This document shows, in pieces, positions 29,767 to 39,433 of a stretch of DNA of 64,000 bases. Made by a program: the position numbers and the translations under genes. Under the pieces are notes generated by a model that saw only the letters and a list, made by a program, of their open reading frames with translations, searched no databases and had not been told where the DNA came from. The DNA is from Candidatus Latescibacterota bacterium (GTDB lineage Bacteria; Latescibacterota; UBA2968; UBA8231): contig CBDCDC010000002.1 in the NCBI GenBank assembly GCA_965215195.1, positions 416,001 to 480,000 on the forward strand. Direction: 5' to 3'. Numbering within the stretch: position 1 is the stretch's first letter; each line of letters starts with the position of its first letter.

Positions 29767-30992
29767 TCACCACTCATCGCTAGTTCCCCAACGACCTGTA
29801 CCATCACTTGGTCGCCGGCCTCGACGCGCTGGTGGGGTTCGAGGACGACGAAGCTGTTGGCGTTGAGCATGGAGCTGATTATGTGCGAGCCTTGGCTGCG
29901 GGCCGGGCGCACCCAAAGCTGGCCATCTTGGTAGCGCAAGGTGGCGCGCATGTACTGGCGGCGGTCGCCGTCGTTGTCGCAGGGGCTTTCCACTCGGGCG
30001 TCCGCCTCGGGCAAAAACCACGCCGCTGGCGGATAGCCTGCGGCCTTGCGGATGGCTGGGCGCACGAACTGGAGAAAGGACATCATGCTCGATACTGGGT
30101 TGCCGGGCAGGCCGAAGTACGGTACGCCGCCGACCGTGCAAAAAACCAGCGGCTTGCCCGGTTTCATGGCTACGCGCCAGAAGATCGTCTCGGCCCCCAA
30201 GTCGTCGAGGACCTTTTTGACGAAGTCGTATTCGCCGACCGAGACGCCGCCCGAGGAGACGGCGAAATCAGCGCGGAGCGCGGCCTCAATGGTGGCGCGG
30301 ATTGCGGCTTCGTCGTCCGCTACTGTGGGCAGCATTGCGGGTTCGGCCCCGTGGGCGCGGCAGAAGGCGGCGAGGGCGCACGTATTGCTGTTGACAATCT
30401 GGCCTTCTGCGGGCGTCTCCTCGATCTCGACCAGCTCGTCGCCGGTGGAGAGGATGGCCACGCGCGGCCGGCGATACACCGAGACGAAGCTCTGCTGCAC
30501 GGCCGCGAGCACGGCCAACTCGCCGGGACCGCACTCGGTGCCAGCCTTGATGATCGGTGCGCCGCAGCGCATGTCCTCGCCGCGTCGGCGAATGTGTGCG
30601 CCGCGCTCTTCAACGGCGAGGATTTCGACCCCCTGCCCGGCCGGGCGGGTGTCCTCTACCGGGGCAATGGTGTCGGCTCCGGCCGGCACGGCCGCGCCCG
30701 TCATAATGCGGCTGGCTTGACCGGGACCGACCGCTTTTTGCGGCACCTTGCCGGCCGGTATGTCTTCAATGACCTCCAAGGCTACGGCCGCGCCGTCCCT
30801 CGCGGCCGCTACGTCCGCATGGCGCAGGGCATAGCCGTCCATGGCCGAGTTGTCGCAGGGCGGATTATCGCGGCGCACCAACACATCTTGGGCGAGCACG
30901 CGGCCGGCCGCGTCGAGCAGGGAGACGCGCTCGGGGCCGAGGACTTTCACGTGCTCGAGGACGATGTCACGCGCTTCTTCCGGGGTGAGCAT
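29763..30992 (-). CDS. moeA: molybdopterin molybdotransferase
   Basis: SAMDGYA, RIMTGA, STGDEL, SGGVSVG, MKPGKP, LPGNPVS. Confidence 0.95.
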   Translation of the reverse strand: MLTPEEARDIVLEHVKVLGPERVSLLDAAGRVLAQDVLVRRDNPPCDNSAMDGYALRHADVAAARDGAAVALEVIEDIPAGKVPQKAVGPGQASRIMTGAAVPAGADTIAPVEDTRPAGQGVEILAVEERGAHIRRRGEDMRCGAPIIKAGTECGPGELAVLAAVQQSFVSVYRRPRVAILSTGDELVEIEETPAEGQIVNSNTCALAAFCRAHGAEPAMLPTVADDEAAIRATIEAALRADFAVSSGGVSVGEYDFVKKVLDDLGAETIFWRVAMKPGKPLVFCTVGGVPYFGLPGNPVSSMMSFLQFVRPAIRKAAGYPPAAWFLPEADARVESPCDNDGDRRQYMRATLRYQDGQLWVRPARSQGSHIISSMLNANSFVVLEPHQRVEAGDQVMVQVVGELAMSGE

Positions 30993-31026
30993 CTGGTATC
31001 TATGGCTCCTTATTTATGTAGGCGAC

Positions 31027-31121
31027 CTTAGTACACAACGCTAAGGTTTCCGCCGGGTGCGCGGACAGCTTGCCCGCCAACAGGGGCTATGGTTTATCAA
31101 TTTATCAAGTCGGGTACTTAG
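31027..31121. mobile_element. MITE copy 2 (95 bp, different interior)
   Basis: TIR CTTAGTACACAAC/GTCGGGTACTTAG; 9-bp TSD GTAGGCGAC (31018-31026, 31122-31130). Confidence 0.8.
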
Positions 31122-31258
31122 GTAGGCGACAGAAGATACGGCAAGACGACGGCTATACAAATCCCGCGGCTGGGCGGCAGCGAGCACCGTTAGAAAGGCC
31201 GCGTCGGGCGGGGTCATTCTACGTGCATTTGCGAACCGCCCCTGCGGACGAGGTGCGA

Positions 31259-32269
31259 TTAACGGGAACCTGTTGAAAGCAGCGATTTGATCCGTCCCCA
31301 CGACTGGGCTTCGACGCTCGTAGCAGCAGCGGAAGGGGCGACAGGTTGCCAAGCGGGAGAATATCCGCCCAAGCCGTTGGTCAATTCGACCAAGTTGCCC
31401 CCGTCTATATCAACGGCCCAAATGAGATCGGTGACAGAAGCGAAGGCGATTCTCATGCTGTTGGGTGCCCAAGTAGCGGAGCTTATCCAGGTGTCGTCGG
31501 ACACGCACACACCATCTTGGTCAGACCAAACGGTAGCAAACGGGGGTGTGGACTCGCGTACGCACAGATCACTCTGGTCTAGGTCCGGTAGAGGGATAAC
31601 CTTGATTCCACTGAGACGGCGGAGAAAAACCGCGGGATCGGCTCCACCGATAGGCCAACGAAAAACCGAGGACTCATCTTCCCTAGCATCGCTGATGTAG
31701 AGGCGGGCGCGATTCTCTTCGTCCCCTTTTTCCCGTAGCACGACGACTGCTTCTTTGGTCCCATCTGGAGAACGGTAGGGGTAGTAGGACACCTCTCTCC
31801 AGTCCACGGGCGAAGAGTCACTGCCGTCCAACGCCATAACAAACCTATCAGGGCCGTCCCTCAGATCGTCTGCCGTCAGCTCCTCAATAGCCCTATAAGC
31901 CCTAGAATAATAAATGCCACGCCCGTCTTCAGACCACAAAACGGATATTTTATCGACTGAATCGTCTGTTAGCTGCTGTGGATTGCCACCGTCGGCATCC
32001 ATCAACCAAATCTCCCCCCCGTACTGATCGTCGTCAAAAACTACGCCGATATAGGCGATCTTCGTGCCATCCGGGGACCAAGCCGGACTAGCGCAATCCC
32101 GTCCTTGGGTCAGGTTTACGGGGTTGCTCCCGTCCGCATTCATAATCCAAACGTCAGAGTGCCCCTCGCGGTGGGAGATAAACGCTATTTTGCCAGCGGC
32201 TTGTCCCCAGCCAGCGGCGGCCAGCCCCAGCGTTGCCAAGCAGACGATAAACATGGATCGAGAGTTCAT
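31259..32269 (-). CDS. secreted TolB-like (PD40 repeat) protein with SWGRIK C-tail
   Basis: KIAFIS, MNADGS, PAWSPDGTKIA repeats; ATSVEAQSWGRIK. Confidence 0.85.
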   Translation of the reverse strand: MNSRSMFIVCLATLGLAAAGWGQAAGKIAFISHREGHSDVWIMNADGSNPVNLTQGRDCASPAWSPDGTKIAYIGVVFDDDQYGGEIWLMDADGGNPQQLTDDSVDKISVLWSEDGRGIYYSRAYRAIEELTADDLRDGPDRFVMALDGSDSSPVDWREVSYYPYRSPDGTKEAVVVLREKGDEENRARLYISDAREDESSVFRWPIGGADPAVFLRRLSGIKVIPLPDLDQSDLCVRESTPPFATVWSDQDGVCVSDDTWISSATWAPNSMRIAFASVTDLIWAVDIDGGNLVELTNGLGGYSPAWQPVAPSAAATSVEAQSWGRIKSLLSTGSR

Positions 32270-32317
32270 AACGCGGCTCCTTTAATAAGGTGAATAGGGC
32301 AGGTTGTAATCTAAACC

Positions 32318-32468
32318 CTTAGTACACGCCACCTAAAGTAGGCGACCCTTACTTTGATACGCCTTTTCTGCTGTTACCGATGGGTCCGAGATCGAGGGCG
32401 TCCCGCCCGCGGCGAGGGCAAGATGCCCTCGATCCTTGGCAGGCTGAGGGCTGGTGTCGTGTAGTAAC
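32318..32468. mobile_element. MITE copy 3 (homologous to copy 1)
   Basis: CTTAGTACACG...GTCGTGTAGTAA; interior aligns with 15870-16001; flanked by CTAAACC repeats. Confidence 0.85.
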
Positions 32469-32515
32469 CCTAAACCAATATAGAGCGTATCGGTTCCTGC
32501 TGTTTCGGCGGCGCA

Positions 32516-33328
32516 CTAGACGAAATTGACGAAATCGTGGCGCACCCACAGCAGGTTGATCAGCCCCAGCACAAACCCCGCAATGACCAGCCACTTGAGA
32601 CGGCTACCGTGCCGACGGCCAATGCCGCGCAAATAGAGATAGATACCAAAGGCGAACCACGTCGGCAGGGCCAGCCAGATTTTGGCATCCGCGCCCGCGA
32701 GATATTCGCCCGGCGCACCAAAGAGCCAAATCGCGCCCATGCCCAAGCCCAAGGTAAAGAGCGAAAAGCCCCCGCCGGCAAAGCGAAAGGTCGCCGCGGC
32801 AGCCGTGTCGAGCGCGGGTAGATAGCTGTTGAGCCGCCCCTTTTTTAGAGCTTGGTGTTGAACGAGGTAGCCGACTGCCGCGCAGAACGCCAGCGCAAAG
32901 CCCACGTGCCCGAGCAGCGTTAGGACCACGTGGATGCCGAGGAAGGGATATTCCACTAAGATCGACTCGGCCTCCTCAAAGCGGACGGGCAACAGCAGCG
33001 GGTAGAGCAGGCCGAGAAAGGCGAGGGGCGCGGTCAGCAGCCCGAGGTGGCGAATGCGCGCATAGCGCTCGCCGAGCAGGCCCGCAACCACCAAGGCCAA
33101 GACCAGCGAGGCGATGATTACCAACATGTTGGCGAAGAGGGCTTGGCCGGAAAGCGCGAAGTGCAGCCCTATGCTGATCGCGTGTACAGCCAACCCCAAC
33201 TTCAGGCTCTTGCGCCCCAGCGCGTCCCAGCCGCTCTTGTGCCAGAGGAAGTGCCCTTGAAACAGCAGCGCGGCAGCCAAGTAAAACGCCAAGGCCGCGA
33301 CGAGGGAAGCAAGGCAAAACGTCGTCAC
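32516..33328 (-). CDS. cytochrome c assembly protein family (CcsA/HemX-like)
   Basis: Multi-TM protein; GIHV, QxxxLK..LP.LD, GAIW..DAK; coupled to hemA. Confidence 0.8.
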   Translation of the reverse strand: MTTFCLASLVAALAFYLAAALLFQGHFLWHKSGWDALGRKSLKLGLAVHAISIGLHFALSGQALFANMLVIIASLVLALVVAGLLGERYARIRHLGLLTAPLAFLGLLYPLLLPVRFEEAESILVEYPFLGIHVVLTLLGHVGFALAFCAAVGYLVQHQALKKGRLNSYLPALDTAAAATFRFAGGGFSLFTLGLGMGAIWLFGAPGEYLAGADAKIWLALPTWFAFGIYLYLRGIGRRHGSRLKWLVIAGFVLGLINLLWVRHDFVNFV

Positions 33329-34608
33329 GCCTCTTCCTCCTCGGCCTCAGTGTCGAGCCGAAAGAGGCGGCGCACCGTATCGAGGCGGACGTAGCCCTCG
33401 TCGTCGTTGGCGAACTCGCGGATCTGCACGAGCGGGTCGTGCAGGAGCTTGTTGGTGTACCCGCGCAAGATGCCCTCGACGAGCTGGCGCTCGGCCTCGG
33501 CGAGCGAGCCGAGTTGGGCGGCCCAGCGCGCGAGTTCCTGCTCTTGTAGGTGAGCGGCGCGCTGGCGCAAAGCGCGGATTAGTGGGCCGGTGCCCAAGGC
33601 GTTGAACCAGTGCAAAAACTCCTTTAGCTCGTGGTCGATAATGGCTTGCACGCAGCGTATCTCCCCCTCGCGCTCTTGGCGATTGGCAGCGACGACTTGC
33701 TCTAGATTATCTACATCGAACAGGAAAACGTTGTCCATGTCGCGCACGGCTGGGTCGATGTCGCGCGGCACGGCAATGTCGATGAGGAACAGCGGGCGTC
33801 CTCGGCGTTGCTCCATGGCCCGGCGCAAGTCAGTGGGCCGGATGACGTAGCCCGTAGCCGCAGTCGCCGAGATGACAATGTCGACGACTGCGAGTTGAGC
33901 GGCCCGTTCCTCAAAGGGCACGGCCTCGCCGCCCAAGCGGCTGGCCAAGGACTGGGCGCGGGCAAAAGTGCGGCTGCCGACCAAGAGCCGCTCGACGCCA
34001 GCGTCGCTCAAGTACTGGGCCGTGAGCGCACCCATCTCGCCGGCGCCGATTAAGAGCGCGCAGCAGCCGGTCAGGTTTTCAAAGACTTGACCGGCCAGCT
34101 CAACCGCGGCCGTACTAATCGACAGCCGGCCGCGGCCAATATCGGTTTCGGCGCGTGCGCGCTTGCCCACGCGCAGCGAGCGCTGAAAAAGCTCGTTGAG
34201 CAACAGGCGCGCCGAGCCGTTTTGCTGGGCCACTTCCAGTGCGCGGCGCACTTGCCCGAGTATCTGGGACTCGCCGACCACGAGGGAGTCAATGCCGCTG
34301 GCGACGCGAAAAAGGTGAATGGCCGCGGCTGAGTCGTTGAGCTGGTAGAAGTGGGGTTCGAGGGCCTCGATGTCTAAGCCTTGGCATTCGGCGAGGAAGC
34401 GGCGCACTTGGACTAGCCCGCTGTCGCCAGCGGCAGCCAAGTACAGCTCGGAGCGGTTGCAGGTGGAGAGAATGGCCGCCTCGTGCAGCCCGTAGTCGCC
34501 GACGAGCCGGGCGAGAGCCGAGGGCTGGTCGCTTTCGGGGAAGGCCAGCCGCTCGCGGATTTCCACCGGCGCGGTGCGGTGATTGATTCCCAAAGTTAGT
34601 ATATGCAC
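33325..34608 (-). CDS. hemA: glutamyl-tRNA reductase
   Basis: GINHRTAPVEIRE, LSTCNRSE, GIDSLVVGESQILGQ, IGAGEM, IDIAVPRD. Confidence 0.97.
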   Translation of the reverse strand: MHILTLGINHRTAPVEIRERLAFPESDQPSALARLVGDYGLHEAAILSTCNRSELYLAAAGDSGLVQVRRFLAECQGLDIEALEPHFYQLNDSAAAIHLFRVASGIDSLVVGESQILGQVRRALEVAQQNGSARLLLNELFQRSLRVGKRARAETDIGRGRLSISTAAVELAGQVFENLTGCCALLIGAGEMGALTAQYLSDAGVERLLVGSRTFARAQSLASRLGGEAVPFEERAAQLAVVDIVISATAATGYVIRPTDLRRAMEQRRGRPLFLIDIAVPRDIDPAVRDMDNVFLFDVDNLEQVVAANRQEREGEIRCVQAIIDHELKEFLHWFNALGTGPLIRALRQRAAHLQEQELARWAAQLGSLAEAERQLVEGILRGYTNKLLHDPLVQIREFANDDEGYVRLDTVRRLFRLDTEAEEEEA

Positions 34609-34676
34609 ATCCGTAAAAGTACTTATTTACAACCTGTGGGGAAACCGCGAACCCAACACGCGAAAGGAATGCAGCC

Positions 34677-35528
34677 ATGGTCAAATACTTGCTGGTCGGC
34701 TTGGTGCTCCTAGGCGCGGCAGCCGATGCCGGGGCCGGGGCTTGGACCTTGCAGCGAGGCCAGCTCTGGGGCAAGCTCACGTATTTTCAGCAGCGCACAC
34801 AGGAGTGGTACGTCGGCAAGGGCCGCTTTGGCGCGCCCGGCACCCGCGCCCGCTACGACTTTGACGGGCAATACGAATCGCGGGCCGTCTTTGCCGAGGG
34901 CCTGTACGGCGTCACCGACCGCCTAGATCTCGGCTTGCAAGTGCCCTATTTCGATCAATCCTTCACCGCGTTTGCCGAACCCCGCACAGATACCGGCCTG
35001 AGCGACATCCGCGCCTTGGCCAAGTTTCGCCTCTTGGCCAAGCCCTTGGTCCTCGCGCTCAAGGCCAGCGTCAAGGTGCCGACCGGAGCGTTCAAAAACG
35101 AAGACGGGCTAATTCCGGTGGGCGAAGGGCAGTGGGACTTCGACTTCATCGGGCAGGTGGGGCGCTCCTTGTGGCCGCTACCCCTGTACGGCAACATCGA
35201 CCTCGGCTATCGCGTCCGCACCCGCAACGAGCAGATCGACCGCGACCCGGGCGACGAGTGGTTCCTCAACGCCGAGGTGGGCTATCAGCTCGTACGTCAG
35301 CTCACGCTGATGGGCAAATACGAGGCGATCCGCAGCGATCCGGCGGTCGTCTTCGGCGGCATTGAGGCCGAGATCAAGCGCATCACGTACCTGACGCCGG
35401 CCCTGCTCTACGCCGTTGGTCGGCGCACAATGGTCGAGGCGGCCGTGCGCTTCTCGCTCAACGGGCGCAATTTTCCGGCCGGGCGACAGCTCGTCTTGGG
35501 ACTAGCGACGACGTTGGGAAGCGGCTAG
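34677..35528 (+). CDS. exported beta-barrel-like protein (SphA/MetA-pathway transporter-like)
   Basis: Signal peptide, YGVTDRL, GLSDI, KVPTG, GEGQWD, amphipathic strands. Confidence 0.6.
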   Translation: MVKYLLVGLVLLGAAADAGAGAWTLQRGQLWGKLTYFQQRTQEWYVGKGRFGAPGTRARYDFDGQYESRAVFAEGLYGVTDRLDLGLQVPYFDQSFTAFAEPRTDTGLSDIRALAKFRLLAKPLVLALKASVKVPTGAFKNEDGLIPVGEGQWDFDFIGQVGRSLWPLPLYGNIDLGYRVRTRNEQIDRDPGDEWFLNAEVGYQLVRQLTLMGKYEAIRSDPAVVFGGIEAEIKRITYLTPALLYAVGRRTMVEAAVRFSLNGRNFPAGRQLVLGLATTLGSG

Positions 35529-37189
35529 CGGCGCAGCTTGGCCAAGCGCTGTTGGATGGCCGCAGCCATGTCTGGCCGCTGGCGAAGGACGGCGTCGAAG
35601 TGGGGCTTGGCCGCGGCCGAGCGGCCCAGCATCTCCAACACCAAGCCCAAGTTGAAATGGGCCTCGGCAAAATCCGGGTTGCGCTGCAAAGCCCGTTCAA
35701 AGTGGGCGATGGCCCGCTCCCACTGGCGGCCTTGAGCCAGCGCGATGCCAAAGTTCACGTGCGCTTCCGGGTAGTCCGGGTTGTATTTTAGCGCCAGCTC
35801 AAAGTGCTCCAGCGCCAAAGGACGCTGGCCCGAGCGCATGTAGAACATGGCCAAGGTGTGGCGGGTGTCCCAGTCTCGGGGGTCGGCTTCGAGCAGCTTC
35901 TTGTAGCCGTCGATTTCCTGCCCCAGCCACTTGCGGTAGAAGTCGCGGCGGAGCCGCTCCAAGTCCTCGGGACGGCGTGGCAAAAGCTGCAGCGTCAGGT
36001 CGCCCATCTCATCGGTTGAGTGCAGCCCGTAGCGCACTCGCACGGGTGGGTCGTGCGGGTTGCGGGGATTTTGCGCGGAGTTGTCGTACGCGTATTCCAT
36101 GACCAGCGTCGAGCCAGCCGGCAGGAAAACGGGCGAGGAAAATCGGTAGTCGTCCTGCCAGCTAAAGTCCCAGTCCTCAATATAGATGAGCCACTCCCGC
36201 TCTTGGTTGGGCAACTCGGCGTACGCCCGGATTTCCCGGCCGAGGTAATGGGCGTGCGGGTAGATGGTCAGGACCTCGACGTCCACGGGCAGCAGGTACG
36301 CATCGCGGATCCAATAGTCGCTCGCGCCAGCCGGTATATCTAGGTCCTTGCGGCCCAAGCGCAGCATGGCCGGGCGTCTCTTCGGCGGAGCATCGGCAAA
36401 GAACAGGCCGACGCGGGCCTCAATGGATTCCTCCTTGCCGGTCGGCAACATGTGCAACTGTAGCAGCAAGTCTGTGCCCGGATCGAGCCGCCAGGCCAAG
36501 GTGTCGCTGCCGGGGTACGGGGTCTTGCCTTGGGTCCAGCCGAGAAAGTGCCCGTCGGCGTCCTCGGCCTCGCCAAAGCTCATGCCGTCAAAGCCCGGGG
36601 CACCGTCGCGCCCGTCCCGCCGCCGTGCCGCGCCGCTGCGGTCGATCATCATGGTGGCGTGGTGGACGATGCGGGCGTTGCCCGGCTTGAACTCTAGGGC
36701 CTTGACGTAGCGAGTTGAGTCAACGGGCAGCGGGATGGCGAAGTTGCGGAAGACATCTGGGCCATCGGCCCGCAAGGTGTAGGCCGATGTCATGGAGGCG
36801 ATCAAGTCGGGCTCGCCCAGCTCCCACTCGCCCTCCCACTGGGGCAGCGGCGGCCGGTCGGCGGGCTGGCCCTCCTGCTTGCCGCGGTCGACCCAGCGGC
36901 GGATCGCGGCGATCTGCGCCGCGCTCAAGCCGCGCTCGCCGGCAAAGCGACCGTAGCCGCGCTTGGGCTTCCACGGCGGCATGTAGCGGCTCTCGGTGAC
37001 AAAGGCGATTTGCGCGGCGCGCGCGCTCACATCCGCATAGCTGAGCAAGTCAAAGGGGGCCGGGCCAGCCGGGCGGTGGCAGGGGGCGCAGTGCTGAAAG
37101 ACGATCGGGGCAATGTCGCGGTTGAAGGTCGGGATTTCTCCGCCTCCACTGCATCCAACGCAGGCCAAGAGTAGCCAATAGCGCGTCAT
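35525..37189 (-). CDS. lipoprotein: cytochrome c motif + copper type II monooxygenase-like domains + TPR
   Basis: CAPCH, IVHH, LQLH, PHAH, DEM; C-terminal TPRs. Confidence 0.8.
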   Translation of the reverse strand: MTRYWLLLACVGCSGGGEIPTFNRDIAPIVFQHCAPCHRPAGPAPFDLLSYADVSARAAQIAFVTESRYMPPWKPKRGYGRFAGERGLSAAQIAAIRRWVDRGKQEGQPADRPPLPQWEGEWELGEPDLIASMTSAYTLRADGPDVFRNFAIPLPVDSTRYVKALEFKPGNARIVHHATMMIDRSGAARRRDGRDGAPGFDGMSFGEAEDADGHFLGWTQGKTPYPGSDTLAWRLDPGTDLLLQLHMLPTGKEESIEARVGLFFADAPPKRRPAMLRLGRKDLDIPAGASDYWIRDAYLLPVDVEVLTIYPHAHYLGREIRAYAELPNQEREWLIYIEDWDFSWQDDYRFSSPVFLPAGSTLVMEYAYDNSAQNPRNPHDPPVRVRYGLHSTDEMGDLTLQLLPRRPEDLERLRRDFYRKWLGQEIDGYKKLLEADPRDWDTRHTLAMFYMRSGQRPLALEHFELALKYNPDYPEAHVNFGIALAQGRQWERAIAHFERALQRNPDFAEAHFNLGLVLEMLGRSAAAKPHFDAVLRQRPDMAAAIQQRLAKLRR

Positions 37190-37731
37190 CGCAGGTCGGC
37201 GATAAAGCAGCCAATCGCCTCGGTGGCGCTCGGATCCGCGGGGCGGCCGGCGAGGGCGGCTTCTAGGGCGTTTGCGAGGTCGCTGCGGGTCGGCTGCGGC
37301 CGCACTTGGTCCAAGGCCGTGTAGCGGTCGTCGATGCGGCCCCGATAGACTACGTTGCCGCGCGCACCTAAAACTACGGCTTCTGGGGTCGCGGTCGCGC
37401 CGACTCTTTTGACGAGGGCGTGCTGCACGTCCCGCAGGGCTTGGCCCGGCAAGCCGTATTCTCGGGCGTGGCGGCGGATGGCGGCCACATCCTCGCGGCG
37501 GTCGGGGTACACCAAGTAGAACGCCACGCCTTGCGGCTGAAAGCGGGCGTGGAGACGCGCTATGGTCGGGGCGTAGCGGTTGGAGATGGGGCAATCGGTC
37601 TGGACGAAGAGCAAGACTGCAACTGGAGCGCGGGTGGCAAAGGGATCGACCGGGTTGCCGGCTAAGTCGAGGGCTTGGGGGGGGTCGGCGCGGCAGCCCA
37701 GCAGCAGGGGCGCGAGAATAGCTAAGAACAT
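37186..37731 (-). CDS. redoxin/AhpC-like lipoprotein
   Basis: LLLGC lipobox, DCPISNRY, TPEAVV..YRGRIDD, IGC. Confidence 0.85.
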   Translation of the reverse strand: MFLAILAPLLLGCRADPPQALDLAGNPVDPFATRAPVAVLLFVQTDCPISNRYAPTIARLHARFQPQGVAFYLVYPDRREDVAAIRRHAREYGLPGQALRDVQHALVKRVGATATPEAVVLGARGNVVYRGRIDDRYTALDQVRPQPTRSDLANALEAALAGRPADPSATEAIGCFIADLR

Positions 37732-37838
37732 AGGTACACGACCGTAGGGCCTACCCTCAGATCGAGGGCGTCCCACAGGCCCGCGCTCCCCAAGCGACAG
37801 CAAAAAACGCCGACTAAGATCAGGGATCGTGTAGTAAG
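37731..37838. mobile_element. MITE copy 4 inserted at the redoxin start codon
   Basis: TAGGTACACGACC...ATCGTGTAGTAAG ends; 9-bp TSD CTAAGAACA (37722-37730, 37839-37847). Confidence 0.75.
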
Positions 37839-37912
37839 CTAAGAACATGTAAAAAAGAAAACAGATATTGGACGCGGACGGCAAGGCTGCCGATTTTCGC
37901 TTTTATTGGCTA

Positions 37913-37942
37913 GGGAATGCTTTTGGCCCCTACATTGTCTAA
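37913..37942 (+). promoter_or_regulatory. ECF sigma promoter GGGAATG-N17-GTCTAA
   Basis: The same motif and spacing recur at 39314-39343. Confidence 0.75.
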
Positions 37943-37955
37943 CATGTCGGAGCAA

Positions 37956-38510
37956 ATGGGCACAGACCGCGCCCTGATCGACCAAGCGCGTGCCGGCGAC
38001 GAAGCGGCCTTGCGCACCCTAATTGAGCGCTATGAGCCTCAAGTGGCTGCCACAGTCGTGGGCATGTTGGGGCCGGGCGACGAGGCCGACGACGTGGGGC
38101 AGGAGACCTTTGTCCGCTTCTACCAATCGCTGGACAAGTTTCGCGGCGACGCAGCGCTGGGCACCTATTTGACGCGCATCGCCATCAACCTCTCGCTCAA
38201 CGCGCTAGAGCGCCGCAAGCGGCAGCGCTGGCGCTTCTGGAGCCGCGACGACGAGCAGGCCCCGCCCGAGCCGAGCGTCGATGGCCGCGACGACCAGGCC
38301 ACACGCGAGCGCGAGCAAGCAGTGCAGGCGGCCCTCGCCCAGCTCAAACCAGCTTTTCGGGCGGTGGTGGTGCTGCGGATGATCGAGGGCTATTCTACGA
38401 AGGAGACGGCCGCGCTGTTGGAGATCGCCGAGGGCACGGTGCTCTCGCGGCTTTCGCGCGGCCTGAAACAACTAGAGACCTTCCTCAAAGCCGAGGACCT
38501 GTATGACTGA
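37956..38510 (+). CDS. ECF sigma-70 factor
   Basis: GDEAAL..ADDVGQETF..YLTRIAIN; region 4 GYSTKETA..GTVLSRLSRG. The start could be 37944. Confidence 0.92.
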   Translation: MGTDRALIDQARAGDEAALRTLIERYEPQVAATVVGMLGPGDEADDVGQETFVRFYQSLDKFRGDAALGTYLTRIAINLSLNALERRKRQRWRFWSRDDEQAPPEPSVDGRDDQATREREQAVQAALAQLKPAFRAVVVLRMIEGYSTKETAALLEIAEGTVLSRLSRGLKQLETFLKAEDLYD

Positions 38511-38913
38511 CAGCTATCGCAGCGAAATGCTCCGGGCGCTGACCGGCGAATTGACCGCACGCGAGCGCGAGGCATTCGAGCGCGTCCTAGCCACTGACGA
38601 CGCGCTCCGCGCCGAATGGGAGCGCCTGCAAAAAGTCAGCGGCCTTTTGCGGGAAAGCCGCGCCGAATCGTTCCAGCCGTTCTTTGCCGCTCGCGTGGCG
38701 CAGCGCGTCAAAAGCCAGCGCGAGGAAAGCCTAACCGACGCCCTCGTGTGGCTCTTTCGCCCCCTCGCTCCGGTCGCCTTAGCACTGGTTGCCTTTTTGG
38801 CGCTGAGCAATTGGAACGAGCGCGAGCTCATCGGCGACGACGCCTCGTTCCTCGCCGCGATTTTCGCGGCCGTGCCGGCCACGGCCGAAGCGGCTTACGT
38901 AATGGAAATGTGA
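38503..38913 (+). CDS. putative anti-sigma factor (1 TM)
   Basis: GELT.EREAFE N-terminus, one TM segment, overlaps the sigma gene. Confidence 0.75.
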   Translation: MTDSYRSEMLRALTGELTAREREAFERVLATDDALRAEWERLQKVSGLLRESRAESFQPFFAARVAQRVKSQREESLTDALVWLFRPLAPVALALVAFLALSNWNERELIGDDASFLAAIFAAVPATAEAAYVMEM

Positions 38914-38914
38914 C

Positions 38915-39325
38915 ATGCAAAAGAGAACCAAAGGCGCGCTCATTCTCTTTAGCACCCTGCTCATCGGCGTTCTGATCGGCGCGCTGCTCTCCGGTTGGTT
39001 TGTCCGCGACCGGCTGCGGCCCATCCCGCATCCCCGCCACTTCGCCCGCAGCACCGAGCGGTTGATCGCGCCGCAGGACGAAGAGCAGCGCCGAGCCGTG
39101 CGGGCCGTGCTGCGGCGATACGCTGCAACGCTCCGCGCCCTCGACGCCAAGCACCGGGAGGCACTAAAGGAGCAGCTGGATGCGTCGCGGGCCGAGCTGG
39201 CCCCCCTGTTGTCTGCGGAGCAACTGCGGCGGCTGGATCGGCGGCAGCGGCGCTTCGGGGAGCTGATGGGGCCTTGGCGCGAGCGGCAGCGGCACAAAAA
39301 AGTGAAACCGAGCGGGAATGAATAG
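38915..39325 (+). CDS. periplasmic heavy-metal sensor/Spy-like membrane protein
   Basis: N-terminal TM, helical body, LSAEQ motif. Confidence 0.65.
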   Translation: MQKRTKGALILFSTLLIGVLIGALLSGWFVRDRLRPIPHPRHFARSTERLIAPQDEEQRRAVRAVLRRYAATLRALDAKHREALKEQLDASRAELAPLLSAEQLRRLDRRQRRFGELMGPWRERQRHKKVKPSGNE

Positions 39326-39343
39326 CATCAAGCGGTGGTCTAA
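39314..39343 (+). promoter_or_regulatory. second ECF promoter GGGAATG-N17-GTCTAA
   Basis: Identical -35/-10 and spacer length to 37913-37942; upstream of the Spy-like gene. Confidence 0.75.
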
Positions 39344-39433
39344 TGGGGCGTAGAGAAGAGAAATGGCCGTTTCTCACGCGCCGCCGACTCGGGGCGGCGA
39401 ACCCAAACAACCACCCAACGCGGAGAAAGAAAC

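Noticed and set aside
29808-31031. Long antisense ORFs (this one, 26135..26983, 58118..59119 and others)
   Set aside because: Shadow ORFs of well-supported genes in GC-rich DNA, with no recognisable motifs.
31027-32468. Composite transposon carrying the TolB-like gene
   Set aside because: Each MITE has its own target duplication, indicating independent insertions.
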